From Nitrospirota bacterium (GTDB lineage Bacteria; Nitrospirota; UBA9217): a stretch of DNA of 64,000 bases. The stretch spans positions 160,001-224,000 of the forward strand of contig CAVUCU010000005.1 in assembly GCA_963740085.1 (NCBI GenBank), read 5' to 3'. The notes below the pieces were generated by a model. The model saw only the letters and a list, made by a program, of their open reading frames with translations, was not told where the DNA came from and ran no database searches. Shown here piece by piece: positions 45,322-55,061 of the stretch. Position numbers and translations under genes: made by a program. Each line of letters begins with the position of its first letter. The stretch's first letter is position 1.

Positions 45322-46960
45322 TCAGGGCTCACATACAATGTTCGAAAGTTCTTTTGAAAACGTTTCATAGTTGGCTGAATAATCGATCGGACATTCGATA
45401 AGCACGACCGTTTTCAGCGAGAACGCCTTTCGCAGGAGCTCCGACAAGTTGTCGCCTTCCTTGATCTTCATCCCCACGGCCCCGTAGCTTTCCGCGTACT
45501 TCACGAAATCGGGGTTTGTATAATCCAGACCGAAGCGGGGATATCCCTTGGCCTGCTGCTCCCACTTTATGAACCCGAAGGCATTGTCATTCAGGACCAG
45601 GACGACCAGGGGAACGTTGTACCGCAGTGCGGTCTCAAGCTCCCGGGAGTTCATCATGAACCCGCCGTCCCCGTGACAACGAGGACATTCCGTTCGGGTC
45701 TGAGCATCTTGGCCGCAATACCCGTGGGCAGCCCGGCGCCCATGGTCGCAAGCGCATTGTCCAGCAGGAAGGTGTTGGGTCGGTAGGGCTTGTACAAGCG
45801 AGAGAACCACAACTTGTAAATGCCGTTGTCCAGCGACAGGATGTCATCGTGAGAAAGCGCCTCCCGCACATGCCACACGACCTGCAGCGGCGTCAGGGGG
45901 ATACTGTTTCCTGTAATCGACCGAGAGCTTGCGGTCGAGGTACTCCCGGATGGACCTGAATAATCCCGTCGCTCTTCCTGTCCGTGATAAGTTCTCCGAG
46001 CTGCCGGAGCGAGCAGGAAATATCGCCGATGATCTCGATGTCCGGATTATAGTACTTGTCCACATCGGCCTCGGTAAAATCAATATTGATGATCTTCTTG
46101 TCAAGGTCCTTGTTCCAGACATAGGGTGGATATTCAACGATGTTGTAACCGATCGTAATGATCACATCGGCGCGGTCGATGCCGCAGTTGATGTAATCGC
46201 GACGGTGGATACCTGTTGCAAAGAGACTCTGGTCCGAGGCGTCGCTCAGGACACCCTTCCCCATCTGCGTGTGCGTGGCATAGATGCCCGTCTTCTCGAT
46301 GAACTGCAGCAGTTGTCCGGTGATCAGGTTCCGGTTCGCTCCGGAGGAGAGAATGATGAGCGGGTTCTTCGCCTTGCCGATCATGGCCGCGGCAAGCATA
46401 AGCGATTTTGGCATTGGGCGGGGGCCTGCGCACGAGGCCTCGCTTCTGCACCCGCGCATCGGTCTCAGCTCTCCGCAACATCCTCGGGCAGTTCCAGGTG
46501 CACCGCGCCCGGCCGTTCCGCCTGGGCAAGCTTAAAGGCGTTGCGGAGGATCGTCGGGACCATTCCCGGATCAGCGATGGAGACAGCATCCTTCGTGATC
46601 GGCCGCATCATGCTCACGATGTCGATGAGCTGAAATCGCGCCTGCCGGTTCTCCCTGATCGCCTTCTGACCCGAGATCGAGACCAGCGGTGCGCCGATGA
46701 GCTGCGCGTGCGCCACACCCGTTACCAGGTTCGTGGCCCCCGGCCCGAGCGTCGAGAAACACACTCCCGCCTTACCGGTCAAACGCCCAAAGGTAGCCGC
46801 CATGAACGCGGCTGTCTGCTCGTGGCGCGTAATGATCACACTTGATCTTCGACGTGCGGAGTGATTCGAGGAACGCGAGGTTCTCCTCCCCTGGCAGACC
46901 GAAAACATACTCCACTCCCTCTTCTTCAAGCTGCCTTACGAACAGATCGGATGCTTTCAT
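45322..46960 (-). pseudogene. ThDP-dependent acetolactate-synthase-like enzyme, split by about 6 frameshifts (pseudogene or sequencing error)
   Basis: FGLPGEEN, RHEQTAAFMA, STLGPGATN, LDNALATMG, GDGGFMMN are spread over successive frames. Confidence 0.85.
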
Positions 46961-46961
46961 G

Positions 46962-47256
46962 TTCACCTTTCGCGCGGAGACACAGAGACACGGAGGAAAA
47001 CAAAATAATTACCTCATGCCTTCTGGTACTTCTTGCAATCCTTAAGATGTTTGGTCAATGCTCCTCTTGCAACTTTCTTGTTACAATGAGGACAAGGATC
47101 ACCGCATGGGGCAGGATGAATCACCACACTTCCTGCCTTATGACATGGACAGGTACATTCCCAGATAGAATCTACCGCTGTCTTTTGCTTCTCTAAACCA
47201 ATCATCATCCGTGGTTACTATCGCTTTTCTCCGTGTCTCCGTGTCTCCGTGGTGAA
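46962..47256. repeat. Inverted octamer-repeat arms enclosing a small ORF
   Basis: Left arm TTCACC..CGCGGAGA CACAGAGA CACGGAGG; right arm CTCCGTGT CTCCGTGT CTCCGTGG TGAA. Confidence 0.8.
47014..47208 (-). CDS. Small Cys/His-rich putative Zn-binding protein
   Basis: CTCPCH...H..PC..PCPHC...H...C in 64 aa; weak RBS. Confidence 0.55.
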   Translation of the reverse strand: MMIGLEKQKTAVDSIWECTCPCHKAGSVVIHPAPCGDPCPHCNKKVARGALTKHLKDCKKYQKA

Positions 47257-47262
47257 TTCACT

Positions 47263-48765
47263 TTACTCCCTCACCACAACCGTCTTGACGTTTACGAACT
47301 CCAGAATCCCGTGATGAGACATTTCCCTGCCGACCCCGGACTTTTTGATGCCGCCGAAGGGCAGCCGCGGATCGGATTTCACCATGTCGTTGATCGTGAC
47401 CGTCCCGGATTCTATCCGCCCCGCTAGCCGTTCTGCCCGTTCAAGGTCCCGGCTCCAGATGGCTGCACCGAGACCATAGGCCGTCTCGTTCGCCACCTTG
47501 ATCGCCTCGTCCTCGTCTTTCACGGTGATGATCGGAGCGATGGGGCCGAACACCTCCTGGGTCATGATCTTCATGTTCGGCCTTACATTCGTAACCGCAC
47601 AGGGCGCAAAGAAGAATCCCTTTTTGAAGGTCTGGTCGACCTGCATGACCTTGCCGCCTTTTGCCTTTGCGTCCCTGAGCTGTTCCCTGAGCCCATCACG
47701 GATGTCCTTCCTGGCCAGCGGCCCGATGTCGGTCGACTCGTCCATGGGGTCGCCGAGTTTCAGGTCCTTGAGCCGCGCCATGAAGTACCGGGTGAAATCT
47801 GCGGCGACTTTTTCCATCACGATGAACCGTTTTGCCGCGATACAGCTCTGGCCCGCGTTGATCATCCGCGCATTGGCGGCCATCCTGCCTGCCTTCTCGA
47901 TGTCGGCGTCGTCAAGCACGATATACGGGTCGGAACCGCCCAGTTCAAGCACAAGCTTCTTGATCTTCCTGCCGGCATGGGCACCGACCTCTTCGCCGGC
48001 ACGATTACTGCCCGTCAGCGAGACCCCGTCAACCAGGTCATCGTCGATGAGTCTCAGGGTCTCGGGCACGTCGATGAGCACGGTCTTGAACACGTTCTCC
48101 GGGAACCCGGCCTTTCTGAATGCCTCTTCTATGGCGAGGGCCGTCATCGGCACATTGGAGGCGTGTTTGAGCAGCGCCGTATTGCCGGCAAGGACGGCAG
48201 GGACGCCGAACCGGAAGGCCTGCCAGAACGGGAAGTTCCAGGGCATGATCGCGAGCACGATGCCGAGGGGCTGGTACATGACGATGCTCTTCTTTGCTTC
48301 GGTCTTGATCTCTTCCGGCTTCAGGAACTGCTCCGCGTTGTCGGCATAATACTCCGAGAGCCAGGCGCACTTCTCGATCTCGGCAAGCGACTCCTTGATG
48401 GCCTTGCCCATCTCTTTCGTCATAAGTTCAGCATAGACCCGCTTCTCGGCCCTCAGCACCGCTGCGAGCTCTTTCGCATATTTGGCCCGTTCCGCGACAG
48501 GGATGTTCCGCCACGCCAAAAAGGCCTCGCGGGACTCATGTACCTGACGGTTCAGTTCCCGCGTGCTCATGAGGGGGAACTCTTTCATCACCTCTTCGGT
48601 GAAAGGATTGACGGACCGGATCGTTTTCGAATAATTCGATGGTCGTTCAGCAGCGGTCCGCGAACGCCGCGCACCCTTCTTCGAGGATGTCGCACGTTTC
48701 TTCACCGGGGAAACAGTTCTTTTACCCCCTGTTCCTGCTTTTTTTACTTTCCTCCTGATCGCCAT
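47263..48765 (-). CDS. NAD(P)-dependent succinate-semialdehyde dehydrogenase (Sad/SsaD-like)
   Basis: IMPWNFPFWQ, LKHASNVP, LELGGSDP, NAGQSCIAAKRF, DPRLPFGGIKKSG; GGAGGAGG RBS at 48765. Confidence 0.9.
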   Translation of the reverse strand: MAIRRKVKKAGTGGKRTVSPVKKRATSSKKGARRSRTAAERPSNYSKTIRSVNPFTEEVMKEFPLMSTRELNRQVHESREAFLAWRNIPVAERAKYAKELAAVLRAEKRVYAELMTKEMGKAIKESLAEIEKCAWLSEYYADNAEQFLKPEEIKTEAKKSIVMYQPLGIVLAIMPWNFPFWQAFRFGVPAVLAGNTALLKHASNVPMTALAIEEAFRKAGFPENVFKTVLIDVPETLRLIDDDLVDGVSLTGSNRAGEEVGAHAGRKIKKLVLELGGSDPYIVLDDADIEKAGRMAANARMINAGQSCIAAKRFIVMEKVAADFTRYFMARLKDLKLGDPMDESTDIGPLARKDIRDGLREQLRDAKAKGGKVMQVDQTFKKGFFFAPCAVTNVRPNMKIMTQEVFGPIAPIITVKDEDEAIKVANETAYGLGAAIWSRDLERAERLAGRIESGTVTINDMVKSDPRLPFGGIKKSGVGREMSHHGILEFVNVKTVVVRE

Positions 48766-48849
48766 AAGCCTCCTCCATTCTTCCCCTGATACTTTTTTCA
48801 CATCCACCCGCTCCCCGAAGGGATGAGAGAACCACAATAAACGAGAACC

Positions 48850-49800
48850 TCAACACACCCTGTTTCTTCCGCTGTTCTTTGCATTCATAAGCGCCTGATC
48901 AGCATGATCGACGAGCGCTTTGCGATCAATGCCGTCGTGGGGAAATGTGGCCACCCCGATACTCACCGTAATACCGTCTCCCGACTGGCTCGCCCGACCC
49001 GCAAGCGGATATTCTGCAATGAGCGCTCGGATTCTCTCGGCAAAAACGAGCGCCTCTTCCCGGGAACACTCGGGCAGGATTATCGCAAATTTCTCGAATC
49101 CGTATCTGGCCGCGATATTCGATTTGCGGGTATTTTTTTTGAAAAGATCCGCAATTGCGTAGAGCACCTTGTCGCCCGCCGTACGGCCGTTGGTATCGTT
49201 GTATTTCATAAAATGATCAACGGACATCAAGAGCAGGGAAAAGACATGCTTATATCTCTTCGAGCGCTCGACCTCAGACGCAAGAAACTCGTAAAAATGA
49301 CGGTGATTAAACAAACCGGTCAGGCCGTCCTGCATGGCGAGCTCTCTCAGGGCCTCGTTCATCCGGGTGGCTTCTTCGTTCTTCATTTTCAACTCTTCCA
49401 AAAGCATCCTGTTTACGTGGATCAAGTTCACTTTTTCGACCGCCCGCTGCGTTACCATGGAAATGACGTCGAGATTATCAAAGGGTTTTACAAGGTAGTC
49501 GTATGCGTTGGACCTGAGCGCCTCGATCACGGTCTTCATTTCCGCATGACTGGTCATGATGATGACCTGTGTGTCGGCGCTGATTTGTTTGATCTTCTTG
49601 AGGAGATCGATACCGCTCATCCCCGGCATGACGATATCGCTGATGAGCAGGCAATAATCGCCCTTGGCAAATAACTCCAATGCCTCTTCCCCGCTTCCTG
49701 CAACATCCACACGATAGCCTTCGCCGGAGAGAACGCTCGCCACTAATTGCGAGATGTTCGGGTCATCGTCTACCACAAGAATGTCGCACTTCATTGTCAT
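48850..49800 (-). CDS. Receiver plus degenerate GGDEF domain protein
   Basis: Receiver domain (VVDDD, SDIVMP, KP); GGDEF fold with RYGFEKF. Confidence 0.88.
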   Translation of the reverse strand: MTMKCDILVVDDDPNISQLVASVLSGEGYRVDVAGSGEEALELFAKGDYCLLISDIVMPGMSGIDLLKKIKQISADTQVIIMTSHAEMKTVIEALRSNAYDYLVKPFDNLDVISMVTQRAVEKVNLIHVNRMLLEELKMKNEEATRMNEALRELAMQDGLTGLFNHRHFYEFLASEVERSKRYKHVFSLLLMSVDHFMKYNDTNGRTAGDKVLYAIADLFKKNTRKSNIAARYGFEKFAIILPECSREEALVFAERIRALIAEYPLAGRASQSGDGITVSIGVATFPHDGIDRKALVDHADQALMNAKNSGRNRVC

Positions 49801-49877
49801 CTTTTTGCTCCCTTTTGGCGTGTACATTCCATACACAATGCGAAACCTCTCGGGGAAACATCACGGCATGATGAATC

Positions 49878-51056
49878 TTACCTTTTCTCCACCGGCGCAT
49901 ATACGCATCCTGTCTTTCCGCAATAATTGCCGGTGTATTCGGACGAGGGCCGGTAGAGCGCCGGCTTTCCCTGGGCATCGCCGAACTTCTCCTCGATGAT
50001 ATGTGCCGTCCAGCCCGCGCTCCGCGCCACGGCAAAGATCGGCGTCATCAGGTCTCCGGAAAATCCCATCATGTGGTACACCGGCGCGCTGAAGAAATCG
50101 ACGTTGGGCTTGATCGTGGTCTTGCCCCGCTTCTCGAACTCGGCCACCGCTCGAGCCTCGATGGCTGTCGAGAGCTTGCACCAATGCTCCTGCCCCACTT
50201 TTTTCCCCAGCCGGAAGCACATATCCTTCAGGAACCGCGCCCTCGGGTCGGTCGTCTTATACACCGCATGCCCCATGCCCATGATCTTCCTTCCGCCGTC
50301 CAACTGCCTCTTCACCCAACCCGGAATGTCCTGCTCCTCCTTCAGGTCCATGAGCATATTCATCACCTGGGCGTTCGCGCCGCCGTGCAGGCTTCCGGAC
50401 AGGGCGCCGACGCCGGCTGCCACCGCCGCATACATGTGCGCCTTCGTGGAAGCGACCTCGCGGCACGCGAAGGTGGACGCGTTGAATGAGTGGTCCGCGT
50501 GCAGCACGAGCGCGGTATCAAGGTCCTTCGCTGTTTCCGGATCGGGCTTTTCGCCCGTCAGCTGCCACAAAAAATTACCGGCATGGGACAACGACTCATC
50601 GCTCGGCAACGGGTCCTTGTCATGCCTTATCCTCTGCCAGGCGGCCACCATTGTGGCGACCCGGGCAATGAGCATCACGGCCCTGGCGATGTTCGTTTCC
50701 CGCGAATCATCGTTGAGATCGGGATCCGCCATGGCCAGGAGCGGGACCGAGGCCTGCAGCGCGTCCATGGGATGTGCCCCGTGCGGCAGGTTCTTAAGTG
50801 CGTTCAGAAGAAAGCTCGGCACCTGCCGGGCCCGAACAAGCTGCCGATTGAAATCCTCAAACCGGCCTTTGTCAGGCAGCGCGTCGTGCAGGAGCAGGTA
50901 CGCCGTCTCCTCGAATGTCGAGTTTTTCGCGAGGTCTTCGATGCGATACCCCCGGTAGATGAGGATCCCGTTCTCGCCGTCGACATTGCTGATCTTCGTG
51001 TCAGCCACTTTGACGCCGCGGAGACCGATGTTCTTTGTACTTGCCGGCTCAGCCAT
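49878..51056 (-). CDS. Citrate synthase (or 2-methylcitrate synthase)
   Basis: LHADHSFNAST, LHGGAN, GMGHAVYK, PNVDFF. Confidence 0.93.
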   Translation of the reverse strand: MAEPASTKNIGLRGVKVADTKISNVDGENGILIYRGYRIEDLAKNSTFEETAYLLLHDALPDKGRFEDFNRQLVRARQVPSFLLNALKNLPHGAHPMDALQASVPLLAMADPDLNDDSRETNIARAVMLIARVATMVAAWQRIRHDKDPLPSDESLSHAGNFLWQLTGEKPDPETAKDLDTALVLHADHSFNASTFACREVASTKAHMYAAVAAGVGALSGSLHGGANAQVMNMLMDLKEEQDIPGWVKRQLDGGRKIMGMGHAVYKTTDPRARFLKDMCFRLGKKVGQEHWCKLSTAIEARAVAEFEKRGKTTIKPNVDFFSAPVYHMMGFSGDLMTPIFAVARSAGWTAHIIEEKFGDAQGKPALYRPSSEYTGNYCGKTGCVYAPVEKR

Positions 51057-51077
51057 GATGACCTCCATGACTCTTTG

Positions 51078-51160
51078 ACACGGATCAATGCGGATAAAAA
51101 CCCTTGATAACTGCGGATACGTCAGCATCTCCGTGTTCCAGATTTATCCGCCGTTATCGC
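51078..51160. repeat. Degenerate CGGAT/ATCCG repeat element (aconitase-citrate synthase spacer)
   Basis: CACGGATCAA TGCGGATAAA ... TGCGGATAC and TCTCCGTG...TTTATCCG. Confidence 0.5.
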
Positions 51161-51192
51161 ACTACAAATCCGACTCTTCAGTGTCAAAAGGT

Positions 51193-53139
51193 CTATCGTT
51201 TTTTTCCCAGTTCCTGTTTTACATAATTCAGCGTCCCGCCCGCCAGAAGATGCTTCCTCTGCCGGTCGGATACGTCAAGGACTGCCATGATTGTCCTTCC
51301 ATCCACCTCAACCGGGATCTCCCGGTCGCCCCGTTCGACCCGCTTCCGTACCTCGGGAAACACCACGGTCGCGTCCTTGTCAAGTGCATCATACTCTTTC
51401 GGGTCTTTGAACGTGAGCGGGAGAATGCCGAAGTTGCAAAGGTTCGACTTATGAATGCGGGCAAAGCTCTTTACGATCTTCGCGCGCACTCCCAGATAGC
51501 GCGGCGCAAGCGCCGCATGCTCGCGGCTCGATCCCTGGCCATAGTTCTCACCCCCGACGATCACCACCGTGCCCATGGCCCTGGCTTCCTTAGCAAAGTC
51601 CGGGTCGATCTGGGAAAAGACAAACTCGCTGATGGCCTCGATGTTCGAGCGAAGAGGGAGTATCATGTTCCCTGCCGGCATGATCGCGTCCGTGGAGATA
51701 TTGTCACCCACCTTCAATGCAACCTTTGCCCTGAGTGTATCCGGCAACGGTTCCAGAATCGGCAAGGGCTTGATGTTCGGGCCGCGAACAATAACGGTCT
51801 TTTTCAGCTCGTCTGATGGAAAAACGATCGACTTCTCTTCTACTATATTTTTCGTCGGCTCCTTGATCCGCGGATAGGCCATCTCCCCAGCGAGATCGCG
51901 CGGGTCAATAATGATCCCTTTCAGCGCCGCCGCGGTTGCGGTCTCCGGAGAGCACAGGTAGACCTTGTCGTCCCTGGTCCCTGACCTGCCCGGGAAATTT
52001 CGCGGAAAAGTCCGCAGGCTCACCTCGCCCGTGCCGGGCGCCTGACCCATGCCGATGCATCCCTGGCACCCGGGCTCGTGCACGCGCGCGCCTGCAAGAA
52101 AGAACAGCTGGAGGCCGCCCTGCTGCGCCACGTTCTCGATCACCTCGCGACTCCCCGGATTCACGTGAAAGTTCGTTTCCGGGTGCACGCGTCTTCCCTC
52201 GAGCATTCTGGCCGATATCATCAGGTCGCGGTAGGACGAGTTCACGCTGCTGCCGACGATGGCCTGGCCCACCTTGATGCCGGCCACTTCCCTGACCGGC
52301 ACGACGTTTCCGGGCGACGACGGCACGGCGATCAGCGGCTCGAGCGTCGAGAGATCGACATCTTCATGTTCGTCATACTGCGCTCCTTCATCAGCCGCAA
52401 GCGATACCCAGGCGTCACCCCTGCCCTGGGCGATCAGATATTCCCGAGTCCGGTCATCGGAGGGAAAGATCGAGGACGTCGCCCCGGTCTCGGTGCCCAT
52501 GTTGCCGATGGTCTCCCGGTCCGTGGCGGAGAGCGATGCCACTCCCGGTCCATAGTACTCAATGATCCTGCCAAAGCAGCCTTTCACGTCGTGGCGCCTG
52601 AGCATCTCAAGGATCACATCCTTGGCGCTCACCCAGTCAGGCAGCGTGCCCGTGAGCCTCACTCCCAGTACCTTGGGACAGGGGAGATGATAGGGATACC
52701 CGGCCATCGCCAGCGCAACATCCAGACCTCCGGCGCCGATGCCGAGCATGGACACGCCTGCTGCGCCCGGCGTGTGGCTGTCCGAGCCAAGAAGCGTCTT
52801 GCCCGGCACGCCGAATCGCTCCATGTGCACCTGGTGAGAAACTCCGTTGCCCGGCTTGCTGAAATGCACACCGAACTTCGCCGCGGCCGTCTGAAGGAAT
52901 CTGTGGTCGTCCGCGTTCTTGTTGTCAGTCTGAAGCAGGTTGTGGTCGACGTACTGCGCGGCGAGTTCGACCTTCACGCGCTCGAGCCCCAGCGCTTCGA
53001 ACTCAAGCATCGCGAGCGTCCCGGTCGCGTCCTGCAGCAAGGTATGGTCGATCCTGATGCCGATCTCTTTGCCGGGGACAAGCTCCCCTTCCACAAGATG
53101 AGATTCCAGAATTTTATGGGTGAGGTTTTTTTTCATCAT
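51193..53139 (-). CDS. Aconitate hydratase (~650 aa Aquifex-like type)
   Basis: QDATGT, YVDHN, GSDSHT, C..CIGMGQAP, RTFPRNFPGRSG, YGQGSSREHAA. Confidence 0.9.
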   Translation of the reverse strand: MMKKNLTHKILESHLVEGELVPGKEIGIRIDHTLLQDATGTLAMLEFEALGLERVKVELAAQYVDHNLLQTDNKNADDHRFLQTAAAKFGVHFSKPGNGVSHQVHMERFGVPGKTLLGSDSHTPGAAGVSMLGIGAGGLDVALAMAGYPYHLPCPKVLGVRLTGTLPDWVSAKDVILEMLRRHDVKGCFGRIIEYYGPGVASLSATDRETIGNMGTETGATSSIFPSDDRTREYLIAQGRGDAWVSLAADEGAQYDEHEDVDLSTLEPLIAVPSSPGNVVPVREVAGIKVGQAIVGSSVNSSYRDLMISARMLEGRRVHPETNFHVNPGSREVIENVAQQGGLQLFFLAGARVHEPGCQGCIGMGQAPGTGEVSLRTFPRNFPGRSGTRDDKVYLCSPETATAAALKGIIIDPRDLAGEMAYPRIKEPTKNIVEEKSIVFPSDELKKTVIVRGPNIKPLPILEPLPDTLRAKVALKVGDNISTDAIMPAGNMILPLRSNIEAISEFVFSQIDPDFAKEARAMGTVVIVGGENYGQGSSREHAALAPRYLGVRAKIVKSFARIHKSNLCNFGILPLTFKDPKEYDALDKDATVVFPEVRKRVERGDREIPVEVDGRTIMAVLDVSDRQRKHLLAGGTLNYVKQELGKKR

Positions 53140-53565
53140 CCAGAAGTTGTATCAGATAAGGTAAAACGCCTCATCACGCTGACCTTCCACGCCTCAGACG
53201 TGATCAGATTCTATACCAAATAACTCTCATTTATGTTCTTAAATGATTTTACCACACTTTCTTAAAAAAAGTACAGTCAGTCGTAGAACAGGGAGAGCTT
53301 TTTTCACGAATGGACAGCGGGACGTACCTTAGGCCGGGCACGGACAGGAGGGCAATAGTATTCGTAAGGCGCAGGTTTACATGCAGCAGCTGCGACCTTG
53401 TTGGGAAAGCCGGCGTTCCCGGTATTTGCGGGAGATCTGGTGGTGCCGATGAACATGGTCACAGAACAGGGCATCGGCGCCAAATGTGGCGTAATAAATG
53501 AGGGGCATCGAAGATACCCTCTTGTTGTTTCCCCTGATTAAGAACGCAGTATCTTCCTGACACTC

Positions 53566-53931
53566 TCAATTTTCTTCCAACAATTCCGTCCGCACCAGTG
53601 CAAGAATCGCCGAATGGGGAACGATGAGGTATTTCTTGTCCTCGAATTCGATCTCCATTGATTGATCTTTCAGGAAGATGGCATAGTCGCCATCGGCAGC
53701 CTGCAGGGGAAGGTATTTTATATCCTTCTTGCCTGTTCTCCAGGACTCATCGGGCGTATTGTCCGGAATGGGATACCCCGGCCCGGTCTTTACCACGTGG
53801 CCGCCCATGATCTTTTCCTTTTCCTTGACCGTGGGAGGAAGATAGAGCCCCGAAGGCGTCTTGTCCATCCGTTCATCAGGGTCGATGAGGACCCGGTCTC
53901 CGACGATGATAAGGTTCTTCTTGGTTTTCAT
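53566..53931 (-). CDS. GroES-like co-chaperone (second, divergent copy)
   Basis: VGDRVLI, KTPSGLYLPPTVKEKE, GPGYP, YLIVPHSAIL. Confidence 0.85.
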   Translation of the reverse strand: MKTKKNLIIVGDRVLIDPDERMDKTPSGLYLPPTVKEKEKIMGGHVVKTGPGYPIPDNTPDESWRTGKKDIKYLPLQAADGDYAIFLKDQSMEIEFEDKKYLIVPHSAILALVRTELLEEN

Positions 53932-54091
53932 GCATCACCTCGACAAGATCTCAAGCAACGTTTGTCTAAAGTGTCTCAGATATGACCAATATATCACATC
54001 GGACAGTTTATTATTATATCAAAATACGCAGCCGATAATCCTCTTCTTTTTACGAGTTGCCAATAGAGCCCTTTCGCGATACACTACACCC

Positions 54092-55060
54092 ATGCGCAAG
54101 TATGAACTCACGCCCCAAGAACGGGTCCTCATCCTCGGCGGGACCGGTTTTGTCGGCAAGCGGCTCATCCCTGAACTGGTCAGAAAGAATATCAAGCTCC
54201 GGTTGCTGGTTCGCGATCCCGCGAAGTCGAAGAGCTTGCTTGTCAAGGGCGCTGATATCGATGTAGTAGAGGGAGACGTGCTCGGTCCGCGCGGTCTTGA
54301 CGAAGCCCTCGGCGGAATACACACCGCCTATTACCTCATCCACTCCATGGGCGGCAAGACCCTGTTCAAAAACGAGGAGTACGCGGAAAAGGACCGTAGC
54401 GCGGCGAAGAATTTCATGGCAGCCGCGGATGCAGCGGGACTTAAGAGGATCATCTACCTCGGCGGTCTGGGCGAAACGAACGATAATCTTTCAGAACATC
54501 TCCGGAGCCGAGCCGAGATCGCGCACATCCTCTCCTCGGGCAGGCCCGCTGCCACGGTGCTGCGCGCCGCCGTCATCATTGGTGCTGAAGGGGCATCCTA
54601 TGAGATGCTGCGTTATCTCGTCGAGCGTCTGCCGGTCATGGTCACTCCCAAATGGGTCGGCACGCGCATCCAGCCCATCGCAATCAAAGATGTCCTCGCC
54701 TATCTCGTGGGCTGTCTGCTGAATCCCGCCACGGCTGGCAAAGGCTTCGACATCGGCGGTCCGGAGATATTCACCTATAGAGAGATGATGCAGAAGTATG
54801 CAGAGACCCGGGGCCTTGCAAAGCGGTACATCATCCGCGTTCCGGTGCTCACCCCGACGCTCTCGGCCTACTGGGTAGACCTGGTGACGCCCATCCCGTC
54901 GGGGATCGCACATCCCCTCATTGAAGGCCTGCGGAACGAGGTGATCTGCAAAGACAACGAGATCGAAAAATACGTTCCGATCTCGAAGACTTCCTTTGCA
55001 GAAGCCGTCATGCAGGCGCATAGCGAGGAAAAGAAAGGCCCTGGCATTACGGGATTCTGA
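54092..55060 (+). CDS. Atypical SDR/NAD(P)-binding protein (YbjT-like)
   Basis: GGTGFVG, AYYLIHSM, LSEHLRSR, QPIAIKDVL. Confidence 0.88.
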   Translation: MRKYELTPQERVLILGGTGFVGKRLIPELVRKNIKLRLLVRDPAKSKSLLVKGADIDVVEGDVLGPRGLDEALGGIHTAYYLIHSMGGKTLFKNEEYAEKDRSAAKNFMAAADAAGLKRIIYLGGLGETNDNLSEHLRSRAEIAHILSSGRPAATVLRAAVIIGAEGASYEMLRYLVERLPVMVTPKWVGTRIQPIAIKDVLAYLVGCLLNPATAGKGFDIGGPEIFTYREMMQKYAETRGLAKRYIIRVPVLTPTLSAYWVDLVTPIPSGIAHPLIEGLRNEVICKDNEIEKYVPISKTSFAEAVMQAHSEEKKGPGITGF

Positions 55061-55061
55061 C

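Noticed and set aside
45322-46960. Programmed frameshifting or selenocysteine readthrough to explain the split ThDP gene
   Set aside because: Six frame changes in mixed directions with no slippery-site or SECIS pattern; the stops are out-of-frame consequences.
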